DNA of 64,000 bases from Eledone cirrhosa (lineage: Eukaryota). Numbering within the stretch: position 1 is the first letter of the stretch; every line of letters begins with the position of its first letter. The stretch is taken from assembly GCA_964016885.1 (NCBI GenBank), contig OZ024741.1, forward strand, positions 343,170,001 to 343,234,000, read 5' to 3'. A program made the translations under genes and the position numbers. Positions 28,074-42,138 of the stretch are shown here, one piece after another. The notes beneath the pieces were generated by a model. That model saw only the letters and a program-made list of their open reading frames with translations, did not search any database and was not told the DNA's origin.

Positions 28074-28262
28074 GGGCAGTGGATTGGCAGTATCAGTAGA
28101 GGGTCGGACGCCATGCTTTGACGCAAATAGTTACGTCTCTTTACGATCTGAGTTCAAATCACGCCGAGGTTAACTTTGCCTTTCATCCTTACAGGGTCGA
28201 TAAAATAAAGTCCAGTAATGTACTGGGTAATTGCTGGCCTTGTGCCAAAAGTAGAAACAATT
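28074..28262 (+). mobile_element. SINE family A copy
   Basis: GGGCAGTGGATTGGCAGTATCAGTAGAGGG...GAGTTCAAATCACGCCGAGG...GGGTCGATAAAATAAAG. Confidence 0.88.
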
Positions 28263-30574
28263 ATTAAGAAACCAATGTGAGAGCAGCCAAATCTGGTCTG
28301 CGTTGGGTACCACTCCCAGTAACCATTCTTTCAAGACAACCACTTTTATTCAATTGCAGTAATAAAGATAATATTGTCCTAGATACACTAAGTCCGGATA
28401 AAAGTCGAGAAAAATATGACTGAAATTATTTTAGAGAAGCATCGTTTAGGTTACAACTGTCATGGAACATTAAAATATAGACAGATGTGGGGAGATCTAA
28501 TATAACCGAAAATTGCTCAGAGATGTCACAATATGAAACACGTTCTCGACTTCTTGCTCTTATTCAGGTTTCAATCAATTTGGATTCCAGAGTTAGCCCT
28601 CTTGCCTCTCTTCATATAAATTGTCATTGACGCTAATAATTTTTCTTTCATTACAAGAGTAATTCTAACTCATTAAAACATTTAGCATGTTACACACACC
28701 ACACCGTGTTACTGAATTTTCTCAACAATGTACATATACATCTGTAATGTCCTCTTCCGCAAAGGCTGGCTTCCTGTTATGTGTTCTCATTAGCAAACAG
28801 TGACACTTATAGCTATCCCTTATAGAATAACAATGGTATTCGGAATAGTATTAACCACCTTCTGAAGTCCTTACTCATTGCAGAATCGTTAGTGTCAGAC
28901 ACAACCGATGTAACTTCAAGAAAAATAATGATATATTGAATTTTGGATCTATTATTCTTATAAAGCTTCCTAGTTATGAACAGAGATATAATAAAAATTA
29001 TAAAGACGATTTGACATGGATTATTTCTTCAGCCAAAATCTCACAATTTTTTGAGTATTTTCAGTACATATATTTTTATTAAATACACGAAGTAACTATA
29101 AATTTTGAACAAATTATATATAGAGAATTCACGGAGATTTTTGTATTTCTGACTCTGTTAATTTGCATGATCGCTCATCAGAATTCTTTGCACACGTGTC
29201 TCTAATGACAAGCAGAAATAGATGTGTTACTTCTGTATTTCTCTTGCATGTTGTCAACCTTTCGTTGTCCTGTTTAACCACAGAATAATTCAAACAGACT
29301 AGAATACCAAGGTTAATTATTTCTGTTCATCAATATTTATATTCTTTGTGGAGTCGTGTTGGGATAGAATTTTTGTGTTAGTTGAAAAATAAATTGGAAC
29401 ATTAAACATTGGCTTTTTAAACAGTTTAATTTATTTTAAATGAACATTTTAAACCTAATTCTACATGTCCCTTTACATATTGTACAAAATCAAAAGGACG
29501 TATATCGTTTATCACTTCAATGATTCTATGACCCTTCTATATTGGGGGATATACTTACGGGTTCAAATTTTCCTAATTTCTATTGATAGGTTTAGACGCA
29601 TTTGGGGATTAGAAAAATATTCATATATGACGTCATCACAATCAATATTTAAAAAAAAAGGGGATAGGTAAGAGGAGGTTACAAATTTCGTAAGTTTGGG
29701 ATTTTTGGTTAGAAATGTATGAAATATTTCAATTATGACGTCATAATAGAGAACATTTTTGTTACAAGACTGCAAGTAATTCTCTTTTCACTTTTATATT
29801 GTATCTTCGATGTTTCAGCAGACATCAACGTTTGGAATCATAAGTTGACATTCTTTCAACACGAAAACATCACTGAAATACTTTACCTACCCTATGATCG
29901 AAAAGGATTTCTTTTTACCAAAGGAAAAAAAAAAGAGAAATAGAGGAAAGACATATATCAGTTCCAAGAAAGATATATTTTAGCTGGAATTGTCATACAT
30001 GATTTCATATATATTTACCAAGAGAACCTATATTTTCTAAATTAACTCATTATTTAAGGTTACATATTTTGGAGTTATACTTCTTGGGTAAGTAACTTGA
30101 TTTACAGTTTAAATATCTATCATAGCCTGATGACTTATCTACCTACACATCAGTAGTAGCACACATCTCTCATACTCATATTGGTAATATGTTAAGACAA
30201 GGATAAATTGCTGTCTTCTTGTAATGTTGCCTGTCTCTATTATATAATATATTCAAACATTTCTTTTTAAAATGCACAAGCATAGTAAATGATAATATAA
30301 CTCAGTTAAGCGAGTCTAGTTTTGTAGCTATTTCACTTTCTCTTTTAATGCAATTTAGAAAAGTATATTCTTTTGCTGGGTAATTTATAAATATTTCAAA
30401 ATAAATATATTTATATATAAAACTGTTTGCACTAATTGGAGAGTATACCCAGTTCCTACTGTTGATGTAAGGAAACATGTTAGTTCTAACAGAGTAGATA
30501 GCCTTTTATTTTCTTTAATTTTCTTTATAGAAACAATCACTTCGAAATAAATATATTATAGTTGGAGCTAACGG

Positions 30575-30790
30575 TCTGTGTATTGACAATATCGGTAGAA
30601 CGTCGGATACCCTGCTTTGCGACATAGTGTTACGGCCCTTCGCGTTCGTAGTTTAAATCCCTCCGAGGTTAGCTTTACCTTTAATACTTACGGGGGTGGA
30701 TAAAATAAAATACTAGTCATGCACTGGGATAGATTTAATTGACTTTCCCTTCCCACAAAATTGCTAGCCTTGTGCCTAAATCTGAAACCA
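30575..30790 (+). mobile_element. SINE family A copy (diverged)
   Basis: Matches consensus body and 3' AAATTGCT.GCCTTGTGCCTAAA. Confidence 0.75.
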
Positions 30791-31861
30791 TTGTAGTTGG
30801 AGCTATTACTTTTTCTAATTTCTGAGTTACTTGTCCGTTTAAACAGAATCTGAAACTCTTTACCGCATTCGACAACTGACTCCTTGCGGTAGGGTCAAAA
30901 GAGCGGTTCTCGTTTCATTAGTTGGAGATAGTCAAGTGAGTTTTGATAGACACTAAATTAGGTTATCAGTCAAATGCTGCCCTCTAATGAAATATCACTA
31001 AACTGTTAAGGTACATAGATTGGTAGAGTATGCTACTATAACGTCTACTAACTTCCTCTAATGAAGTTCTTCTTTTCTGCTGTCACTATGGCCATTCTGT
31101 TGCTTAACCCACGTAACAAATAAAATAATATGCCATTCTATTCATTCTTGTCAGCTGCAATACTATAAACGATATTGACTCAGAGGTCCGTTAAATTACT
31201 TGGTCGGTGTTATGTACAATTGTATCTAAGCGCCTTTTATATTAAGATTGATGGTATAATACATTAATACAACTTTCGCTGAACAATGCCACGCAAACGC
31301 ATATACCCTTGATCAAGATGTTTAAATGTAGAAAACATGGAAATTATACCCAGAAACCGAAATAAATTATCATGCAACGATGAGAATCAGTATAAAATAA
31401 AAAGAAAAGACAAACACATTATGTTTACATGTCTCATTGTTATAACATTTTTTCACAAAATGCACTTTTTAAAATATTTAATATACATGTTTTTAACAAG
31501 CAAATTTAATATTGATTAACTTTTGCGAACTTTTAAAAATATGATTAACATAAAACATGTTTTTACAAGTAAATATGTTATTGATTAGTTTTTACTTAGC
31601 TAAAAGTTATGTGATATATCAAACACCAATATATAATTTTTCTATAATATCGGGCGCAGAATTATGAAAGGCAAAGACGTCGATGGATGAGGATTAATCA
31701 GAATATATAGAGAAATATTAAATATACTAAAGCATTTATTCGAGTAGTTTACGGCTTCTGCTACATAACAATATAGTCAATAGGATAATAATATACAATA
31801 TTGGAACCAATCTATCAAACTCAATTGTATGTCATATTCACGTTATTATTATTATTAATAA

Positions 31862-32688
31862 TGGTTTCTGTTTGAGGCACATGGCCAGCAATTTGGGGAG
31901 ACTGGAGGGGAACGTTGATTAAATCGACCCCAGTGCGTTACTGGTAATTTATTTATCGACTTCGTAAGGATGAAAGGCAAAGCAAACCTCGGCGGGATTT
32001 GAACTCAGATAGTAACGGTTCGTAACTCTGTGCTGCAAAGCATGTTGTCCGTTGCTCTACCGATACTGCCAAGTCAATAATATTGTTGTGTTCGATTGGC
32101 TCTGTCAGTGGAGCGTCAGACATGTTCTGCGGCATAGAGTTACGGCCCTTTATGATCTGAGTTTAATTCCTGCCGAGGTTAACTTTGCCTTTCATTCTTA
32201 TGGGGTCGATAAAATGGAGTACCAGTCACGCACTGGGGTCGCTTTAATCGACTTTCCCCTCTCCCAAAATTGCTGGCCTCGTGCCTATAAAACAAACCAT
32301 TATCATTGTTGTGTTGCATTGACAGAATCGGTGGATTGGTTTTATCGGTGAAGCGCCGGACACCATGCTTTGCGGCATTGAGCTACGTTCCTTTACATTC
32401 CTATTCCACAAATAATGCACTGGAGTCGATGTAATCGACGTTCCCCTCCCCCTAAATCAGAAACTATTATAAGGGGCGGTGGATTGGCAGTATCGGTAGA
32501 GCGTCGGACAACATGCTTTGTGGAATAGAGTTATTCCCCTTTATGTTATGAGTTCAAATTCTGCCGTGGTTAGCTTTGGCTTTCATCCGTACAGTGTTGA
32601 TAAAATAAAGCACTAGTAACGCACTGAAGTTGATTTAATCGACCCCCCCCCCCAGAAATTCTCGGCTTTTTGGCCTAAATTAGAAACC
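31862..32688. mobile_element. Cluster of four SINE family A copies (31862-32072 minus; 32090-32300, 32330-32468 and 32473-32688 plus)
   Basis: Consensus motifs repeated head-to-head and in tandem. Confidence 0.85.
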
Positions 32689-32689
32689 T

Positions 32690-33095
32690 TTATTATTATT
32701 GTGTTTTCACACGGTATCTAAAGCTTGTAGTGGAACAGAGACGTCGGCTGTTCTAAGCCCGTGGACTGAGGGTACAACTTTAATTTTCATGCATATTTCT
32801 GAGTATTTCAGCAATTCCAAGTAATGTTATTTTCTGATACTAAACCAATTTCTTTTTGTGTAGCTTTATTATATTCTGACTGACTGTACTTAGACCAAAC
32901 ATAAGAATCCGAGCCACTTCTACTTTCTTCATTGTCTTATCTCCTGAGCTTTTTCTATCTTTCCCCATTATTTTGTTTTCTTTGTTGCAAACCCTGTTGT
33001 CTGCAGCGCAGGCTACATCCAGGATCATACATTGTTTGCCGTTTTTGTTTATCACTATGATGTCTGGTTTTTATGGTACACTTCATGGTCATATA
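32690..33095 (-). pseudogene. 3' remnant of an R4/Dong-like RLE retrotransposon
   Basis: Reverse complement gives KPDIIVINKNGKQCMILDVACAADNRVCNKENKI (PD..D..K restriction-like endonuclease); ends in (TAA)n. Confidence 0.72.
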
Positions 33096-33251
33096 CCGGT
33101 GAAACAGTCAGGCCATTAATACAAATATTGCTAGATTGGCTTGTAGTTTTCGCCACTTTAAAATCCTATAGGAACATTTATCTTGGCCAACCTCCTTACC
33201 TATAACTTTTGAGAATGTTGTAACCAAGTCAAGGTTTTTCTTTATACAATT

Positions 33252-33285
<34 letters not shown>

Positions 33286-33740
33286 TGTATGTATGTATGT
33301 ATGTATGTATGTAGATAGGTATGTATGTGTGTGTGTATGTGTGTGAAAGCATAATGGTAAAAAGCTAAGCAATCTCTTTGTCACTAGTATTACACTTCAT
33401 GGAATTAATCAGACAACAAGAAAAACAAACTGATGATTAGTTTGTATTGGAACAGTTCACGTATTATTTCCATTGGCCATGCCAGGTTATGTGAGACGGA
33501 AGTCATGTGGACTATTATATTGAAATGTTTCCTAAATACTAATTTTATCATATTCTTCAGAAGGGCGACTAATTTATAGAATTTGCGTTAGATTGTTTGA
33601 ATACTACCGAACACAAGACAGACTCAAGGGCTTCGGACGGCGTACCACCTGTAACTATAGTCACACACCTAACACATACACACACATAGTCACACGCAGA
33701 CAGACACACAATCAAATATATATATTTATATATATATATA

Positions 33741-33938
33741 TAACGAAGGAAATGTGGTAAGGAACCAGGTGGACCATAACGCTCCAAAGTACTCAATACT
33801 TAGGGTAGTAGAGTGGGTAATAGGAACGAGTAGGACCCCGACGGCCGAGCTCAAGCCGTTTCGACGGCTAATTCTGGACTCCAGAATAAGCCGTCGAAAC
33901 GGCTTGAGCTCGGCCGTCGGGTTCCTACTCGTTCCTAT
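33741..33938 (-). mobile_element. Half-hammerhead repeat family copy with terminal fold-back
   Basis: ATAGGAACGAGTAGGACCCCGACGG..TTCTGGA / TCCAGAA..CCGTCGGGTTCCTACTCGTTCCTAT. Confidence 0.85.
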
Positions 33939-33962
33939 ATATATATATATATATAAAAAGTT

Positions 33963-34295
33963 AAAGACCCCCTTCGGTCACGAATGGCCATGGGATTTGC
34001 ACCTAGAAAGTTTTTCTCCGAAGCACAAGTCCAGGAAAGGTTGTTTGTGGAAGACCAATAGTCGCCCATGCATACCAGTCTCCCCTCTCCTCGCCACCGA
34101 TGAGGTCCAGGGGAAAGGCAATGGCCGATACAGCTTGGCACCAGTGACGTCGCAACACATTTCTACAGCTGAGTAAACTGAAGCAACGTGAAATAAAGTG
34201 TCTTGCTCAAGGAAACAACACATCACCCGGTCCGGGAATTGAACTCACAAGCTTTCGATTGCAAGTCCAATGCTCTAACCACTAAGCCATGCGCC
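33963..34295 (-). mobile_element. tRNA-derived SINE family B (CORE-like central motif)
   Basis: Reverse complement: GGCGCATGGCTTAGTGGTTAGAGC..GAGTTCAATTCCCGG..CCTTGAGCAAGACACTTTATTTCACG; homologous to 57058-57340 and 37455-37580. Confidence 0.85.
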
Positions 34296-34323
34296 TTCAA
34301 TATATATGTATACATATATGTAT

Positions 34324-34357
<34 letters not shown>

Positions 34358-34857
34358 ATGTATTTGACTGCTATTTCTTGTAAATAAACATTCACTTCCA
34401 TCCTGACGTCACTAGCCCCGTTTTTTCCTCATGTGCTTTTTCATAAATACACATGAAGGCGAACTAGCCAGTTTTAGAACTCCCTTTTTCGGATTATATT
34501 ACTGTGAGAGCCCTGGTTTCTGTTGAGCTCTGCTGATGAATGAAATCCAACCGTGACCATCTCCACTGAAAGTTTTCATGAAATAGTCTTTTAAGACTAT
34601 ACAGAGCATTTGATCTTATTCCAAATTGAAGGATAAGTGTTTCAAACTTTATTTCATCATGAGTTAAAGGTCTATAGATTTTTCCCTGGATTTTACTAAA
34701 TTCTGTGGATGAATTTATATCCTGATTCTCTTTTGAGATGAGTTTGAGTTATTTTTCCTAAATCTTTCGTTAACTACTTTTCCCATCTTGACGTTATAGT
34801 CTCATATATGTTATAGAATGCCGTTAGCTTCTTGCTAAAACAATCTCTATACCTCTC

Positions 34858-34918
<61 letters not shown>

Positions 34919-34969
34919 AGTAAAAATAATAAATTTGAAGACTAATACCCAAAGATTTTATTTGAATAA

Positions 34970-35019
<50 letters not shown>

Positions 35020-35061
35020 ATAATAATAAATTTGAAGACTAAAATCCAAAGATTTTATTTT

Positions 35062-35108
<47 letters not shown>

Positions 35109-35222
35109 ATACAACTGGCACCCCAAACTTAAATTGGGTTTATAATAACGTATAACCTAATGTTTGTTGAGTGAGATGGTTACAAGTCGGAGTTTAGCTT
35201 AAAGCTATCTCTGTTATTGTAT

Positions 35223-35271
<49 letters not shown>

Positions 35272-35277
<6 letters not shown>

Positions 35278-35391
35278 TTATCGACCCCGTAAGGATGAAA
35301 GGCAAAGTTAACGTCGGCGGGATTTGAACTCAGTCCGTAAAGTGACGTAACTGTGCTGCAAAGCATGGTGTCCGACCCTCTACCAATATTG

Positions 35392-35423
<32 letters not shown>

Positions 35424-35514
35424 TATATATTATTTCAGAAGATCCCCTCAAGGATGAAAGCACCGATTCTTTGCTTAAACTTTAATCTGATATTTTAATA
35501 AATAAATAAATATA

Positions 35515-35588
<74 letters not shown>

Positions 35589-35760
35589 ATATTGGTAGAG
35601 GGTCTGACGCCATGCTTTGCAGCACAGTTACGCCCCTTTACGGACTGAGTTCCAATCCCGCCGAGGTTAACTTTGCCTTTCATCCTTACGGAGTCGATAA
35701 AAAAAGTACCAGTAATACTCTGGGATAATTGCTGGCCTTGTGCCAGAAACAGAAACAATT
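35272..35760. mobile_element. Two SINE family A fragments in inverted orientation (35272-35386 minus, 35590-35760 plus)
   Basis: TTTTATCGACCCCGTAAGGATGAAAGGC..CCCTCTACCAATATT and its reverse complement. Confidence 0.8.
35433..35481 (+). ncRNA. Variant-core hammerhead-like motif (CAGAAGA family, copy 2, 5'-truncated)
   Basis: TTT-CAGAAGA-TCCC ctcaa GGAT-GAAA-GCA..TGC-TT-AAACT. Confidence 0.5.
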
Positions 35761-35763
35761 ATA

Positions 35764-35869
<106 letters not shown>

Positions 35870-36073
35870 ATATAATATATATATATATATAATATAAATA
35901 TATATATACATATATTTTGGGTATATGTTGGTTTATATGTTGGTTGTATATACATATATATATAAATGTATTTGTATATATATATATAAATATACATATA
36001 TATATATGTATTTGTATATATATATATAATATATATATATATATAATGTATTATATATATATATATATGTATA

Positions 36074-36153
<80 letters not shown>

Positions 36154-36156
36154 ATG

Positions 36157-36207
<51 letters not shown>

Positions 36208-36208
36208 T

Positions 36209-37060
36209 TATTAAAATAACAGATTAAAGTTTAAGCAAATATATTATTTTTTCTGGTACATATGCTTTTGGTTATGTGTATACGTGAGTTTTGAGTCTGT
36301 GTGAGTATGCGGGTTCGTACGTATGTAGGGTGTGTGTATATGTGTACTTCGTGTTTTGGTTGACGTTGTCTCCGAACGTAAGTGTATTTACATGTAGGTA
36401 TGTGTGTGCGCTTGTTATATACGTATTTATTTATTTATATACGTTTATTTAATTATATGTATACACGCGCACACACATATATATATATATATTTTTTTAA
36501 TATATATTTTTGTGTATTTGGTGTATACATTCGTATGCGCGCGGGTACAGACGTTGCGTGGGTTCTGTATGTGCGTGCGGTTTTTTTTGTGTACGTGCGT
36601 GTATTTGTATATCTATGGCGAGTGTTTTCGCGTATGCTTGTGTATGTACGTATATGGATGCGTGTATGTATTTATTTAATTTCATTTACCTCTGTATTTT
36701 ATTTACTTTATTCTTAACTCTGAAGCCGAGAATCTTTCGGTTTCCTAGTTAGAATTTTAGTCTACGACTTCAGTTATACAATTTACGTGGTTTTGACTTG
36801 GCGTGCAATTGTTCTCCACGCTCCACATATGACGTATTATCCTCGTTTTTTCCATTCATTTCGAGAGAACGTCTCTATGAACCACCTAACAGAATATTAG
36901 TCTACGACTTCTTTTATACCATAAACGTGGTTTTGTCTTTGCGTGTAATTGTTTTTCACCGCTCCAAATAATGACGTATTATATTCGTTTTTTCCCGTTC
37001 TTTGCCAGGGAACGTTTCCACGAACCAAAGTATCGTCTTCCTGTCTTCCTTGGGTGGAAT
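36209..37060 (+). mobile_element. Body of CAGAAGA-family element (homologous to 44760-45590) preceded by a short inverted copy of its own 3' end
   Basis: 36245-37055 matches the reverse complement of ~44880-45590; 36209-36239 ATTAAAATAACAGATTAAAGTTTAAGCAAA is the inverted 3' end; internal ~138 bp tandem duplication. Confidence 0.82.
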
Positions 37061-37454
37061 TGGAAAAAATGTCTTTAGAGAAAAATAACAGGTCCATCTC
37101 TTGGAAAACTGTTGATGCTGGCGTTTTGTGTATGATATATTTTTCTAGAAAAGTGGATGATGGAGCGCGTCTACCTGAAATGGAAAAAAAAACCTTTTGT
37201 ATAAAATATATATATTAAGAAATGTGATAGAACCGAAGTGTTTGATAAAGTTATATATGTATAAATACAGAGTGGGTAACCGAGACTGCACCAATGTATA
37301 TATAAATATCGACATATTTAATATGTAGATATGTAAACATGTCAGAAAATACGAATGTTCCTATAAATTGAAAAAGAAAAAAAATCAACAAAAAAACGAT
37401 AAACACCTTTAATCGATTTTCGAATCTAATTGGGCGTGTATATCATATCTATAT

Positions 37455-37580
37455 ATGGCTGAGTGGTTACTGAACTAGATTGGCAATCGTGAGGTTGTTA
37501 GTTCGATTCCTGGACCGGGCGATGTGTTTTGTCCTTGAGCAAGACACTTTATTTCACGTTGCTCCTTCTACCTGGAGTTG
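37455..37580 (+). mobile_element. SINE family B, 5' part
   Basis: ATGGCTGAGTGGTT..GTTCGATTCCTGGACCGGGCG..GTCCTTGAGCAAGACACTTTATTTCACGTTGCTCC. Confidence 0.8.
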
Positions 37581-37721
37581 CGACCGATAGATAGTATTAG
37601 CAATTGGAAAAACCAACGGAAACATCGTTTCCTCGGTCCGATTTGACGAAAGTCGATCGACTATCGATATATATATATATATATATTTCTGTGTGTGAAT
37701 ATATGTACACATACATATATA

Positions 37722-37819
37722 CAGGGTGTCCCAAAAATGTATACACACTTCAACAACATTCTAATAAATATTACCTGTAAAGGTAATCAAATTGTGTATA
37801 TATTTTTGGAGGCACCCTG
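37722..37819. mobile_element. Tc1/mariner-type MITE (related end at 51934-52010)
   Basis: TA-CAGGGTGTCCCAAAAATGTATACACA ... TGTGTATATATTTTTGGAGGCACCCTG-TA. Confidence 0.78.
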
Positions 37820-37902
37820 TATATATAATAGGCACAAATATTCATAGAGATTCTTGTATTGAAGAATATGTGCGCGCACATACGCAGGCATATATTTTTA
37901 CA

Positions 37903-37936
<34 letters not shown>

Positions 37937-38857
37937 TTGTGTGTGTGTCATTTCATTACTTACTCTATCCTTCACTCAGAATTCGCGAAACGAATAACAC
38001 AACATAATGAAAATAAACACCATATTCCGCCATTTCATCAAAGTGTAACAACAAACATACAACAATTAAACAATAATAATACCAGCCATACAAAAATAAT
38101 ATTAAAAGCACTTGTGAAAATAACACCAGTAACAACAACATCACCATCAACAACAACAACGACAACAACAAACACAATAATAACATATGAAATAATATAA
38201 ATAATAATAACATGCTATACTCCAAGCCTGGGAAAGTGTTAAAGTGTAAAATAAAGTATACACTTCCATCTTGTGTATTAAAATATCGTATCTGTTTTTT
38301 TAGAAAATGCTGTAAAATAATGATTTTTTTATCTCTCATTTTCGTGTTGTGAGAAAATATAAAAATCTGAATGAAGACTGCAGTTTACAATTACATATAA
38401 TCTTTAGTATCCCTGATTATTTAAAAATAAAAAAAATATATAGAAACAAATATATTTGAAATATAGCATTTAGAAAGTGCAGCGGACATAACGGTTTCTT
38501 TTTGTTTTCGTCATTAACTATCAAACTAAAACAAACATATAAATAAACTTAAGCAAATAATGGCAAGAAAAAGCAGGTAAATGGAAAAAAGAAAAGAAAA
38601 AAAACAAAAGAAAATATGGTATGAGAGAATCATTCCTGTTGTTCACGATGAACAATGATTTTTGTTGAACTAGTTTGGTGTGGGAAGAATAGTAAATATA
38701 TGATTTTTTTATGTCGCCATTAGTTATTTCATTGTAGCAATCGTTTAGAAAATGACAAGTCTGTCACATTCTGTCTTTCTCTCCTTTCATTCTTCCATTC
38801 CTATTTTTCTATTTTTCTATTTTTCTATTTTATTCCTCTCTTAGTATGTATGTGTGT

Positions 38858-38859
<2 letters not shown>

Positions 38860-38926
<67 letters not shown>

Positions 38927-38938
38927 ATATATTATATA

Positions 38939-38999
<61 letters not shown>

Positions 39000-39423
39000 A
39001 TATTATATATATATATATTATATATATATATTATATATATATATTATATATATATATTATATATATATATATTATATATATATATATATTATATATATAT
39101 ATATATATTATATATATATATATATATTATATATATATATAATATATATATATTATATATATATATAATATATATATATAATATATATATATAATATATA
39201 TATATAATATATATATATAATATATATATATAATATATATATATATAATATATATATATAATATATATATATATTATATATATATATTATATATATATAT
39301 TATATATATATATTATATATATATATTATATATATATATTATATATATATATTATATATATATATTATATATATATATTATATATATATATTATATATAT
39401 ATATTATATATATATATTATATA

Positions 39424-39460
<37 letters not shown>
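38860..39460. repeat. Long interrupted (TA)n microsatellite (similar tracts 40203-41023, 35765-36208, 53720-54250)
   Basis: Direct reading. Confidence 0.95.
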
Positions 39461-39461
<1 letters not shown>

Positions 39462-39464
<3 letters not shown>

Positions 39465-39958
39465 TGAGTTAGTAACTCTACCTTTCATTTATATTTCGGC
39501 TCCCTTCCTAGGTGAGCTTATAAGTTGTGTGTATTGGGCTGTTATTTCAGGCCAATCCACTCACACCACTTTTGACTTACAGCGTACAAAGTGAAGTATT
39601 CACTTTTTTGTGTGACTGTTAGCATTAGGTGTTTGTCGCAGTTTGATCAGATTCTCTCGCTGATGATGCCCGTGCATTATCTGTGACAAACACACTCAGG
39701 GCGAAACAGATTAACCCATAATCTGTCCGGGAGATGTAATCGTTATCGAGGGGGTCTGTGTAAATATTTTTATCATTCTGTCTGTTTCATGGTTGAATAT
39801 TTCAAACAAATGTGGTTCTTCAACCCTCGTAATGTTAGACACACGATTTACTGTGTTTATTACTGCATATATTATTATATAATGCTCAGTATTTATACTT
39901 TGAGCTTGTTAATTGCAGGGTATCAATATGAGTTATTAACTCTACCTTTCATTTATAT
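39462..39958 (+). mobile_element. 464-bp-period retrozyme-like monomer with 33 bp terminal direct repeat
   Basis: ATATGAGTTA(G/T)TAACTCTACCTTTCATTTATAT at 39462-39494 and 39926-39958; TA tracts on both sides; no credible ORF. Confidence 0.85.
39653..39734 (+). ncRNA. Type I hammerhead ribozyme, intact, GUC cleavage triplet (cut after 39727)
   Basis: TCTCTCG-CTGATGA-T-GCCC..GGGC-GAAA-CAGATTA accca TAATCTG-TC-CGGGAGA: 7 bp stem I, 4 bp stem II base, 7 bp stem III. Confidence 0.92.
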
Positions 39959-40001
39959 ATGTATATATATATATATGTATATATATGTATATGTATATAT
40001 G

Positions 40002-40048
<47 letters not shown>

Positions 40049-40055
40049 GTATACA

Positions 40056-40316
<261 letters not shown>

Positions 40317-40324
40317 TATATAAT

Positions 40325-40514
<190 letters not shown>

Positions 40515-40536
40515 TATATAATATATATATACATAT

Positions 40537-40652
<116 letters not shown>

Positions 40653-40667
40653 ATATATATATATAAT

Positions 40668-40699
<32 letters not shown>

Positions 40700-40851
40700 A
40701 TAATATATATATAATATATATATATATAATATATATATATATAATATATAATATATATATATATAATATATATATATATAATATATAATATATATATATA
40801 TAATATATAATATATAATATATAATATATATATATAATATATATATATATA

Positions 40852-40901
<50 letters not shown>

Positions 40902-40986
40902 TATATATAATATATATATATATAATATATAATATATATATATATAATATATATATATATAATATATAATATATATATATATATAC

Positions 40987-41017
<31 letters not shown>

Positions 41018-41023
41018 ATATGT

Positions 41024-41382
41024 ATATACGATATTAAACAAATGGAAACTATATTTATACAACCATATTTATTTCATTATACATATTTCGGGGATACCAT
41101 ATTAAAAATATGGCATGCCTTCTTCAGATAAAATACAATATATAAACAGTTTTATAAATAATTTTGACGTACCATAAATATTGATCAACTTTTATGTAAG
41201 AAGTTCTTACATAAAAGTTGATCAATATTTATGGTACGTCAACATTATTTATAAAACTATTTATATATTGTATTTTATCTGAAGAAGGCATGCCATATTT
41301 TTAATATGGTATCCCCGAAATATGTATAATGAAATAAATATGGTTTTATAAATATAGTTTCCATTTGTTTAATATCGTATAT
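41024..41382. repeat. Near-perfect 359 bp palindrome (179 bp arms, 1 nt loop at 41203)
   Basis: ..ACTTTTATGTAAGAA-G-TTCTTACATAAAAGT..; arms complementary out to ATATACGATATT/AATATCGTATAT. Confidence 0.93.
41273..41334 (+). ncRNA. Type I hammerhead ribozyme (mirror copy on minus strand ~41072-41132)
   Basis: TTTTAT-CTGAAGA-AGGCATGCCATATT..AATATGGTATCCCC-GAAA-TATGTA-TA-ATGAAA. Confidence 0.75.
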
Positions 41383-41384
41383 CT

Positions 41385-41915
41385 ACTCCAAAACTTGTTG
41401 AGTGCTTTATGTTGATGTGCTCCTTGATCCGGATGTGTAGCGGCCGGACTGTGCTACCTATATAGTAGTGGTTGCACTTGTTACAGTCTACCTTATACAC
41501 GACGTATGTGCGTAGGCAACAGTTCGTATGGCGCATTGGGCAGTTTCTGAGGGACCACGCATCAGTCAATTTCCCGGGTTTCCTGGAGAGGCATCTTCGC
41601 AGGGAGGGGCCCGAGTGGGCCAGGTGGATGTCGAGGCCCTCCCTCCGTATAGCCTTGCGGATAGCGTTGGTGGTATTCTCGCCCAGGTGTGGTATTTTAA
41701 GGAAGCACTTGCCTTGGGTGTTTCTCTGCCTCTTGCGTCTGGTGTCTCTTATTCTGTTTGTGAGTGACGCAGGGTACTCGTTCTTCTCCAGCACTTTGAG
41801 GAATCGCTTGATATGGGTGACACCACTCGCGGCATCACTGCATCTGTTTTTAATATTTGTGATCTCGTTCGTGATGTACCCTCTTATTATTCCACAATGC
41901 TTCAAGTAAACTTCA
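41385..41915 (-). pseudogene. PLE fragment: thumb/linker + GIY-YIG endonuclease (second PLE family)
   Basis: IKNRCSD..LEKNEYP..FLKIPHLGE..NCPMRHTNCCLRTYVVYKVDCNKCNHYYIGSTVRPLHIRIKEH. Confidence 0.88.
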
Positions 41916-41952
41916 ATACTCTCATATATATATATCAACTAGAAATAGATTG

Positions 41953-41994
<42 letters not shown>

Positions 41995-42103
41995 GTCAAT
42001 CAATTTCTAGTTGATATGTAATGCTCGGATCTAATCTTTGAGCTTATTTTACGGTGTATATGGCGCATGTCTCTCAGACATGACAACCCTTAATTTTAAT
42101 TTT

Positions 42104-42138
<35 letters not shown>

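Noticed and set aside
30127-30140. Isolated CTGATGA (also ~34533)
   Set aside because: No paired stem II, GAAA or stem I nearby; expected by chance.
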